This document shows, piece by piece, positions 27,573 through 35,357 of a stretch of DNA of 64,000 nucleotides. Both the position numbers and the translations under genes were made by a program. Each line of letters opens with the position of its first letter. Positions within the stretch are counted from its first letter, which is position 1. This stretch comes from Gemmatimonadota bacterium (GTDB lineage Bacteria; Latescibacterota; UBA2968; UBA8231): positions 874-64,873 of the forward strand of contig JAPPEG010000041.1 in the NCBI GenBank assembly GCA_028875345.1, written 5' to 3'. Under the pieces are notes generated by a model. That model saw nothing but the letters and a program-made list of their open reading frames with translations, made no database searches and had not been told where the DNA came from.

Positions 27573-30500
27573 TTACGCCGAAACTTCGCTGCGCAGCCCT
27601 TGCAGAATTTCCGCGCCCTGTTGGCGGTAGCCTTCTTTGGCCTCGGCATCCACCGTGCGCCAGATGAGGAACTGTTTGCGGATGACGTTCATAAAGCGCT
27701 GGTTGACCCTCCGCCACGAGGCGTCCTCGCCGCTGAGTCGCTTGATTTGTAGGCTGACTGCGTAAATGTTGTGCTCGGCCTCTGGCATGGCCCGCACGGT
27801 GACGTGTTGGCTGACGCCCAAGTCGAACGGAGCCAGCCAGATATTCATGTCGATAATGTATCCTTCGCCGTTGGGCGTTTCTTCGCGGCTTAGCTGGGCA
27901 CCGTCGGTGTAGAAGGTGCCGATGGACTCCTCGCTGTAGGAGTCGAAGTAGCCGATGAGGAATACGCTCAAGCCCAAGACCTCGTGACCGCTGACTGTAA
28001 AGGGGAACTCGAAGTCCCACTGGTCGCCGTCGGGCGGCGGCAGCTTCCACTTGCGGGTCACGTCCGGCACGGCCATTTGCGAAGCCTTGCGCGCCGGATA
28101 AATCGTCGAGAGCATGACCACGGCCATCACTAGCATACAGGAGAGCACCGCGGCCACCGAAGAGTAGTTGAGCGTGAAGCCACCCAAAAGGTCAAATTCT
28201 ATGAGTACTTTGGCGATTACTTGGCCGCTGAGATAACCGGCGACTACGCCCAGTACCGAATAGACGCAACTCTCGGCGATAAAGAGCCAAGAGATGTGGC
28301 CGGGGGCTAGGCCCACCGAAGAGTAGATGCCGATTTCGCGGAAGCGCTCGTACACACTACCCATCATGGTGTTGAGCACAATCAGCGAGGCGATCAGCAT
28401 GGGGATGAACAAATTGCTCATCCCGGAAAAGGAGGTCATGCCCAGCGATGAGTAGATCGACACCTTGATGTATTCATCGCCGACCTCCTTGACTCCGGCG
28501 AACAGCGTCACCGCGAGGCGCGAGAGGAACTCCTCGACCTCGCCGCGCACATCGCTGCCCTCGGGGAAGCGCACGGCTACCGACTGTAGTGGGTTGCCGC
28601 TGCCGACGTTGCGCAGCGTGTGGTAGGGAATAATCAGGGTGTTGGCTGGCTCTATGTGGACGAAGGGTTTGATGACGACCTTGGCATCCTCCAGTCCCTG
28701 CTTTTCGCGCTGTTCTTCCTCGGCTATTTCCTGCACCGCCTGACCGCCGGTGACGGCGAAGTCGGCTGGCGTCAGAATCTCATCGTCGAGGTCTTTGAGG
28801 TCCTTCATGCGCTTAGAGTCGATGACGCCCACCACCGTAAACAAGTCGCCGAAGACCCTGACTTGCGCTTGACCAACGTCGGCCAAATCGACATCGAGAT
28901 GGGCTTCCTTGACCATGTCGATGGGCAGGATGCAGGCCTTGTCCTCACCCGGTTCGAACCAGCGTCCGGCGACTAGGGCTTGGTTGAGTCGAGTGACTAG
29001 AGTCTCCTCGGGCGCTAAACCTAGGACGCCGAGCGCGTTATGGGCCTTTTCCCCGTGTTTTATTTTAATGTGCGCTTTGGCCTTGTTGCTGTACCAACTG
29101 CGCGGCGCGACCGCAGCCCGATCGCCGAAATTGCTGCGGGCGTATTCGAGGACTGAATCCTCCATTGGATTCCACGCCTTGCTGCGGATGAGGATGCCCT
29201 CGTAGAGACCCTCGTTGTCGCGGCTGATTTGATTGAACCGCAAGCCCGTGCGGATGGAGGTAAAAGAGAGCACTGTGAACGTCAGCAGCAAGAGCGTGGT
29301 AAAGGTGAGGACCGTGCGCGTCTTGCGCCGTTTCATGTTGGAAATCCCGAGCTGGAAGGCCGTCAGCGAGGCCGAAGAGCGGCTGACATCCGTGTCGTGG
29401 ATCACGGCTACCTCGGTGCGCAGCTTCTTCATCTGCTCGTTAAAGCGGCCGGAGATGATCGACATCACTAGCACTGCCAAGGCGATGATGATAAAGGCCA
29501 GCAGGATGACGAAGGGATTGGATAGCTGAAAGGCCGGATGCACCAGCCACAACACGATCCAGATCGCCAGAAAAACCCCGGCAAAGCCGATTATCTGATT
29601 GCGGATCGTGGCGGCCGTAAAAATGAGCCGCTCAGTGAAAAAGGCGCAGGGGATGACGAGGGCCATGAAGAAGATAATGCCCTGAATGACGTCGTTTTGA
29701 GTGGATTTGACGTCTGGATAGGCGCGCGATTCCAGCCCGAAGGCCGCACGCGTGTGGCGCACGAAATCGCCCCAGCGCTGATCGGTCTCAGCCGCGGCGG
29801 CTTGGGCCAGCTCGGTTTCGGCGCGATAGTGGAGGTCGTTGAGGCGCTGGTTTTCAATGGCAAAGCTCCGCAACTCGCGCATTCGCGACTCGTCGAGATT
29901 CCACATGTCTTGGGCGGCTTGGAAGGTCGTGCGGGCAAAGGAAGTACCGGGGCGAATCTCAAAGCCCTCGCCCTCGGCTTTTTCCTTGTCGGTTACGCTG
30001 GTGGCGTTGAGCAGGAGCGAGCGGAATCCCAGCAGGCCAGCACCGAACCCCATCTTGATGTGCGAACCGGGCCGTGCGAAGAGCACCCCGACCGGCTCGT
30101 TTTGGGCCGAGGGGCCTTCGCCGATGGTATAACCGTACTCCACAGGTGGGCCGTTCGTTTCGTCGAAGACCTGCACGTTGGACAGCTTGGTCAAATAGCG
30201 CGGATCGACGATGTCGAAGAAGTTGTAGGGCACACAGGGAAAGAGGATGACCATCCACTGCTTGTCGCGCCAATCCATGGAGACCCGCATGGGGTAGCTT
30301 TCGTCGCCTTGCACGCCGCGGTCGGGGGCGTAGGTGATGCGGCCGGTGATCGGGTCCATGTAGTAGCCCTCGATCTGCACGTTGTTGACCCGCACCCGAT
30401 TTACGTAAAAGGCCCCCTTATCATCGACGACTTCGTAGTACTCGCCGCGCACGCCTTTATACGACTTTTTCTTACCGTTGCGCACCACGGCTACGGCGTC

Positions 30501-32324
30501 TGCACGCGGCAAGTCGGGGATGATGCTGCGGCGCGGAAAGACCATGGTCCGACCACGCAGCGAGCGCAGCGTGTCGCGCAAGCGCATCTTGAAGTCCGGG
30601 AACAGCTCTGGGTCTTCAAAGGCCATCTCGAACATGCCGGCGAGCACCCGGATCTGTTTGGCGAGATTGGCGTAGTTGACGTGCTCAGCCCGGTCTAAGG
30701 GCGTATCGACGAGGAATCGCGCGTCGTTGACAGTGACAAAGGCCAATGCCGGCGTACCAGTCGCCAATACCAATTCGCTGTTGACCGATATTTCGCCTGG
30801 TACAAAAGTCTGCCAACTCATCCCGCCTTCGGGGCTGATACCATTGACTAGCACGTCGCGCTGCTGATAATCCAACTCGCGGCTGATCTTGCGCGCATAC
30901 CCCATGAAGTTCTTGCCGAAGGGCGCGAAGTAGCGCTTGTAGTAAAAGCTGGTATTGCTATTCCACACTCCGAGTTCGTCGGTTTGCGACGAAAGGTCGA
31001 GGCTGATAAAGAGCTTGACCGCGAGCGAATCGACTTTGGGATCGACCCAAGTTTTGTAGAGCGCGTGGCGCAAGTCGTCGTCCGAGCGCAAGTCGTCAAC
31101 CAGTTCGCGGCGATCTTTGAATTGCTCGTCGGCGAGGTGTAATGCGCCTCCTTCTTGGCTCAGCAGCCCTTCGGCAAGGGCAGCGTCGGCAACGCGCGAG
31201 ACCAAGTCGGTGTGCCCTTCGGCAACGCCCCGCACGAGGGCTTCCTTACTGGTGAACTCCTCCTCGCCGATGGCGTAGTGGATGCCGTCTTGGGCGATCA
31301 TGTTCCGCGCGAGTGCAGCATCGACGACCCGCCTCACCAGCATGTGCTCGATAAAGGGATCCTCTTTGCGCAAATAGCGTTGGATGAAATCATCAATCCC
31401 GCGCAAGCCCAAGTGGTGGGCCGAAGTGGCGAGAAATACGACCGTGCGCGCCGGTGGATTTTCGCGGAAGTAGCGCGCCAGTTCCAACAGCGCAGTAATG
31501 CCGGAGGCTTGCTCGGCACCTGGGGCGAGGGCCGGCACGACTGACATGGCGTCGTAGTACGCTTCCAGCACGATCACGTCCTCTTTTAGCAAGGGATCGT
31601 ATCCGGGGATCGTGCCGAGGATATTCCAGGCGGGACGCCGCTCCCAATCCATGCGGTACTGTAGGTGGAGCGTCTGCTCGCCCTCGGTCGCCAATTGGCG
31701 GCGCAAGCGCTGACCGACTTGGCGATTGACCCAAAACCTCGGCAGGTCGAGCGGCATGGTGAGGAACTTCTTTTCGCCCTCCAAGTACACGGTGGAGTCC
31801 GGCTCGATAAAGATGATAGCTTGCGCCCCGAGGTAGGCGGCATTGAGCCAGGCGTCGCCCGAATTGAAGTCCATCAGGGCCACAGCCCCTTCGACTTGCT
31901 TGCCGTCCATGTCTGCGTACTCACCCGCGCCAGCGTCGATCAAGCGCTTGGTCACCCCGTCTTCGGGCAGCGTCGAGGTTTTGACGAGGTTGGGCCACAG
32001 GCCGTGGATTGGCACTTGCTCGTCGCTGCCAACGACTTGCAGAAATCCGCCCTTATCGACCGGAATAGAGACATCGTATTCGTGTACTGTGACGTCGTCG
32101 AGGCCGATGGCACGGAAGCGCTCCTGCACGATCTGGGCCGCTTGGTCGGCACCTCGATAGCCGGCGACTCTAGACCCCAAGCCGGCAAAGGTGTCCATCG
32201 TTTGCTGCACGCGCTCGACCGGGGCCGTGCGCGCCAACTCGGCAAAATCGACTTCGGTCCAAGCCGGTGCTACGCCGACCAGAATCCAGCCGAAGGCTAT
32301 CCATCGCATCGCGAACTTAGGCAT
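27573..32324 (-). CDS. 1583-aa fusion protein: signal/anchor + PA/M28-like pseudo-peptidase ectodomain + 3 TM + FtsX/MacB-type permease + C-terminal domain
   Basis: ORF 27573..32504 is trimmed to the ATG at 32324 (MPKFAMRWIAFGWILVGVAPAW); the longer form overlaps the upstream gene. M28-like motifs have substituted ligands: EAYYDAMS, PGAEQASGITALLELAR, FLATSAHHLGLRG. FtsX hallmarks are ISNMKRRKTRTVLTF (TM1) and FREIGIYSSVGLAPGHISWLFIAES. Confidence 0.8.
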   Translation of the reverse strand: MPKFAMRWIAFGWILVGVAPAWTEVDFAELARTAPVERVQQTMDTFAGLGSRVAGYRGADQAAQIVQERFRAIGLDDVTVHEYDVSIPVDKGGFLQVVGSDEQVPIHGLWPNLVKTSTLPEDGVTKRLIDAGAGEYADMDGKQVEGAVALMDFNSGDAWLNAAYLGAQAIIFIEPDSTVYLEGEKKFLTMPLDLPRFWVNRQVGQRLRRQLATEGEQTLHLQYRMDWERRPAWNILGTIPGYDPLLKEDVIVLEAYYDAMSVVPALAPGAEQASGITALLELARYFRENPPARTVVFLATSAHHLGLRGIDDFIQRYLRKEDPFIEHMLVRRVVDAALARNMIAQDGIHYAIGEEEFTSKEALVRGVAEGHTDLVSRVADAALAEGLLSQEGGALHLADEQFKDRRELVDDLRSDDDLRHALYKTWVDPKVDSLAVKLFISLDLSSQTDELGVWNSNTSFYYKRYFAPFGKNFMGYARKISRELDYQQRDVLVNGISPEGGMSWQTFVPGEISVNSELVLATGTPALAFVTVNDARFLVDTPLDRAEHVNYANLAKQIRVLAGMFEMAFEDPELFPDFKMRLRDTLRSLRGRTMVFPRRSIIPDLPRADAVAVVRNGKKKSYKGVRGEYYEVVDDKGAFYVNRVRVNNVQIEGYYMDPITGRITYAPDRGVQGDESYPMRVSMDWRDKQWMVILFPCVPYNFFDIVDPRYLTKLSNVQVFDETNGPPVEYGYTIGEGPSAQNEPVGVLFARPGSHIKMGFGAGLLGFRSLLLNATSVTDKEKAEGEGFEIRPGTSFARTTFQAAQDMWNLDESRMRELRSFAIENQRLNDLHYRAETELAQAAAAETDQRWGDFVRHTRAAFGLESRAYPDVKSTQNDVIQGIIFFMALVIPCAFFTERLIFTAATIRNQIIGFAGVFLAIWIVLWLVHPAFQLSNPFVILLAFIIIALAVLVMSIISGRFNEQMKKLRTEVAVIHDTDVSRSSASLTAFQLGISNMKRRKTRTVLTFTTLLLLTFTVLSFTSIRTGLRFNQISRDNEGLYEGILIRSKAWNPMEDSVLEYARSNFGDRAAVAPRSWYSNKAKAHIKIKHGEKAHNALGVLGLAPEETLVTRLNQALVAGRWFEPGEDKACILPIDMVKEAHLDVDLADVGQAQVRVFGDLFTVVGVIDSKRMKDLKDLDDEILTPADFAVTGGQAVQEIAEEEQREKQGLEDAKVVIKPFVHIEPANTLIIPYHTLRNVGSGNPLQSVAVRFPEGSDVRGEVEEFLSRLAVTLFAGVKEVGDEYIKVSIYSSLGMTSFSGMSNLFIPMLIASLIVLNTMMGSVYERFREIGIYSSVGLAPGHISWLFIAESCVYSVLGVVAGYLSGQVIAKVLIEFDLLGGFTLNYSSVAAVLSCMLVMAVVMLSTIYPARKASQMAVPDVTRKWKLPPPDGDQWDFEFPFTVSGHEVLGLSVFLIGYFDSYSEESIGTFYTDGAQLSREETPNGEGYIIDMNIWLAPFDLGVSQHVTVRAMPEAEHNIYAVSLQIKRLSGEDASWRRVNQRFMNVIRKQFLIWRTVDAEAKEGYRQQGAEILQGLRSEVSA

Positions 32325-32338
32325 AGTTAGTGCCTTTC

Positions 32339-34294
32339 TCAGATCCAGAAGACCACATTGTCGGTCATGCCCGTAAAAAAGTCGATAATCAACCAGAGCC
32401 CCGCGATGAAAAACTGGCCTATGATTAAGCCTAAAAAGAAAGGACGCGCCCGGCGAAAAAGACCAGGACCGCCGTATTTCATCGCCAACAACTTTAAGAG
32501 CCAAGCGATGGCAATGCTAAACCATAACTGGTCCATCAGCCATACGGCACCAATCGGGTAGCCGATGGGATGCAGAGGCCACCACAAGAGCCGCTGGCGT
32601 GCCCACATGAGCAGGGCCATGATGCCCCCGCCGACAAAAGTGTGAATCCAGCCATCGATATTCGGCTCGGTGGGTGCGCTTAACTTGGTGGTAATATAAT
32701 CAAAAGGGGCACGAGTTCCACCTCCAAAAAACCACGGGTTGAGGTTGATGCCGCCGTATTCGTAGGCGAGGTACAAAATCGTCGCGACCGAGCCGACGAT
32801 GCTAACAACAATCGCCAGCAGTATGTACCAAAAAAGCGGGCGCAGCCGCGGCCCTAGTCCCTCACCCAACTTGAGACCGTGTGCGCAGGAGGCCATGACA
32901 AAGGTGCGGATATCCGCCGCCCACACGAATGTGTATGCGAGGCCGACTATGCCGGCCGGGCCGATCGCCGAAGAGCCTACGGCCGAAACCAGGACCGTTG
33001 GAGAAATCATCGGCCCGACCGCCGCGGCCACGCCTCCTTCTACTACCACTCGAGTTAGGCCGACGAAGATAAGGATGGCCAGCATCAGGGTCAAAAAGGC
33101 CGCCCACAGCGGCAAGCCAGACTGCCACAGCCAGATGGTCATTACTGCGATGCCGGAGAGCCAAGTTAAGACCGCTACCCGATAGGAGAGCATCTCGCCG
33201 CTGTCGTCGATGCGGTTGTCGCCCCGGAATGCCTTGCGCAGCACGTCGCGCAGGTGCTCGCGGCCGACCCACAGGCCGAAGGCCACTAGGACGATCATCG
33301 CGCCCTGTCCCTGATGGGCGAGGATCGGCTCGCTAGCAGCGCCGTAAACGAGCTTTTCAGTGCTGCCAACCCCTAAAACTCCCAGCCCTCCTCGGATCAA
33401 CTTGGCGATGGTGTTGAAAAACCACAGGCTGAAGGCGATGTCGAGGTTGATCAGATACGCGAACCCGATCATGGGAAAGCTCAGGCGGAAAATCAGGCTG
33501 ACGGTGTTGCGCAGGATCGGAATCGAAGAGACGAGCTGGATGGCGGGGATGAAGTTGAAGTACGCGTGTAGGGCGTTGAAACTACTGACGAGTACGGGCA
33601 GGGCAAAGCCGACCCACATGATTGGATTTTTGAAGAAAGGGCCTAGGGCTTCTCCGCGGCCTCCGCTCTGCACCATGGCCAGGGGCACTTGCACCAGCGG
33701 ATAAACTAGCCGCTCTCGCTCTACCCACTGGCGGCGCATAATGACCATAGACGAGATCATCACCAAGTACAGGGCTACAATCAGAATGGCCCAATAGCAC
33801 AGCGGGCCGCTCCAGGCGGCCCAGGGCACCCCAGTGGTGCGCGGCGCTCCTTCGTAAAACCACTTGATCGCTTCGGGATCCTGCGGGGCGATCCACTCGG
33901 GAAGGTGCGGCAGGATGAGCAAGGCCCACTCGTTTTCCGGGGTGGCGTAGTACTGGGCACCGGTGATGATCGTCAGCCAGTACTCACTGAGGCCCATCGT
34001 GGGGATGGCCGAGGCCGTGAGCATCATAATGTACGCGACGATAAGCTCGCAACGCCCGAGGGCCACAGGAGCGGCGAAGCGCGTCAGCAAGGCATTGAAC
34101 AAGCCCGTTAGCAAGAAGAAGAGAAACAGGGCACCCGCTGCGCTGAAATCAATCGACATGTAGGAGCCGCGGATGACCATGTTGCCGTACGGTGCTCCCA
34201 CGGCGATGCACAGCGACCCTAGGGTGCCCGCCACCAGCGCTTTGGCGCTGAAGACCGGCTTGGTTTGCAAAGTAGGCTTTTGGGGCAAGTCCAT
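32339..34294 (-). CDS. large polytopic membrane protein (651 aa), OPT-superfamily-like; distant paralogue of the 808-aa protein
   Basis: Strongly hydrophobic throughout. N-terminus FSAKALVAGTLGSLCIAVGAPYGNMVIRGS. The C-terminus LLKLLAMKYGGPGLFRRARPFFLGLIIG resembles the C-terminus of the 808-aa protein. Confidence 0.75.
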   Translation of the reverse strand: MDLPQKPTLQTKPVFSAKALVAGTLGSLCIAVGAPYGNMVIRGSYMSIDFSAAGALFLFFLLTGLFNALLTRFAAPVALGRCELIVAYIMMLTASAIPTMGLSEYWLTIITGAQYYATPENEWALLILPHLPEWIAPQDPEAIKWFYEGAPRTTGVPWAAWSGPLCYWAILIVALYLVMISSMVIMRRQWVERERLVYPLVQVPLAMVQSGGRGEALGPFFKNPIMWVGFALPVLVSSFNALHAYFNFIPAIQLVSSIPILRNTVSLIFRLSFPMIGFAYLINLDIAFSLWFFNTIAKLIRGGLGVLGVGSTEKLVYGAASEPILAHQGQGAMIVLVAFGLWVGREHLRDVLRKAFRGDNRIDDSGEMLSYRVAVLTWLSGIAVMTIWLWQSGLPLWAAFLTLMLAILIFVGLTRVVVEGGVAAAVGPMISPTVLVSAVGSSAIGPAGIVGLAYTFVWAADIRTFVMASCAHGLKLGEGLGPRLRPLFWYILLAIVVSIVGSVATILYLAYEYGGINLNPWFFGGGTRAPFDYITTKLSAPTEPNIDGWIHTFVGGGIMALLMWARQRLLWWPLHPIGYPIGAVWLMDQLWFSIAIAWLLKLLAMKYGGPGLFRRARPFFLGLIIGQFFIAGLWLIIDFFTGMTDNVVFWI

Positions 34295-34318
34295 TGAAAC
34301 GATCTAAAGTTCATGCAT

Positions 34319-34843
34319 TTATAACTGACCTTGGTCCAACCAGCCTATTTTCGCCAATTGTTCCAAGGTCCACCAAGCCAACAGGCCGATCGCCCCTCCG
34401 CTCACCAAAGCGCTGAACAAGGCCAGCGGCAAAAGCGCGAATAGACCGCTGTGGCCGATGTAGCCAGCGGCGAGAACGAGCTGGCTGAGTTGGTGCGTCA
34501 ACGCACCCCAGATGCTCAGACCCACAACGCTGAAAAGTCGCGCTCCCATGCGGCGCACCGCAACCATGACCAACCAACTCGCCAAGCCAGCCCCGCCGCC
34601 AATGACAAAGGCCGGACCGGCAAATCCCCCGCTGAGCAAGCCGCCGACTACCAGCTTGATGGCACTAACGGCCAATGCCGGGCCGCCGCCAAAGCTCACT
34701 AGCGCGACTAAAACCGGTAAATTGCCGAGTCCCAACTTCATCCAAGGCAAGGGTTTGGGTACCAGCGATTCAAAGGTGAAGAGTACAATTGCCGCACTGG
34801 CCATAAGCCCCAAACGGGCCACGTCTCTAGGGCGCGCAAACAT
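34319..34843 (-). CDS. Gx transporter family protein (Hpre_diP_synt_I-like small membrane protein)
   Basis: The start at 34843 (MFARPRDVARLGL...) overlaps the upstream stop by 1 nt. Carries LGLGNLPVLVAL...GGLLSGGF...G motifs typical of the family. Confidence 0.75.
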   Translation of the reverse strand: MFARPRDVARLGLMASAAIVLFTFESLVPKPLPWMKLGLGNLPVLVALVSFGGGPALAVSAIKLVVGGLLSGGFAGPAFVIGGGAGLASWLVMVAVRRMGARLFSVVGLSIWGALTHQLSQLVLAAGYIGHSGLFALLPLALFSALVSGGAIGLLAWWTLEQLAKIGWLDQGQL

Positions 34844-35232
34844 CAGTGAATCATCGCGTCTATGGGCGCGGCCCCAGCGATCCTCAGCACTAGGCCATTG
34901 GGCACGCACGCGGCCACGTCGCCTGCCCGCTGCATCCAGCCCCGCCGCATGCAAATTTTGTGGATGCAGGGTGCGGAAAGCACCCGCACCCCCTTGGGGC
35001 CGATCTCGATCTGGCTCGCGCCCAAAGGTCCTACAACCGGCAAGACTCCGTAGTTGGAGAGGGCATGCATGGCAGGCGTGTCTCCGGCCAACTCGACGAT
35101 GAGTACGCCGCCAGCTTCGGCTGTATAGCGGCCGTAGAGTATCAGCCCGATCGCACTCAAGCCCACGACGAGTGCGAGGATTTTATCTGCTCGCGTCAGC
35201 GCCGGTGCGTTTTCGGTATTTAGCCACCACAT
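34843..35232 (-). CDS. NusG domain II-containing (DUF1312-like) membrane-anchored protein
   Basis: 129 aa with an N-terminal TM helix and a small beta-domain containing PCIHKICMRRGW. It is the usual partner of Gx transporter genes. Confidence 0.7.
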   Translation of the reverse strand: MWWLNTENAPALTRADKILALVVGLSAIGLILYGRYTAEAGGVLIVELAGDTPAMHALSNYGVLPVVGPLGASQIEIGPKGVRVLSAPCIHKICMRRGWMQRAGDVAACVPNGLVLRIAGAAPIDAMIH

Positions 35233-35321
35233 CCTGAGTCCTTTTCTCTTCCCATTTAATTTAACTTCTACTACGCGTGCAAACGAGCGAGAAACTTCTG
35301 CTTGTATGTACTTGTTTTTTT

Positions 35322-35350
35322 TTTATATGCTTGTTTATATTGACGGGCAA
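35322..35350 (-). promoter_or_regulatory. candidate sigma70-type promoter of the nine-gene operon (TTGCCC-17-TATAAA on minus strand)
   Basis: Read on the reverse complement of the AT-rich 125-nt divergent region between relA and the NusG-II gene. Confidence 0.3.
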
Positions 35351-35357
35351 CTAGAAA

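Noticed and set aside
29538-30698. Long antisense or off-frame ORFs inside real genes. Examples: 29538..30698 (+, 386 aa) and 31665..32330 (+) inside the giant gene; 9034..9660 (-) in dnaE; 38481..39206 and 39160..39870 (-); 43731..44336 (+); 42168..42806 (+).
   Set aside because: They are Arg/Ala/Pro/Gly-rich low-complexity translations typical of non-coding frames in high-GC DNA. Each overlaps a gene with clear family motifs on the other strand or frame.
32325-32504. Upstream 60-codon extension of the giant ORF (start at 32504).
   Set aside because: It would overlap the preceding 651-aa gene by 166 nt. The internal ATG at 32324 begins a signal/anchor-like sequence and leaves a 14-nt intergenic gap.
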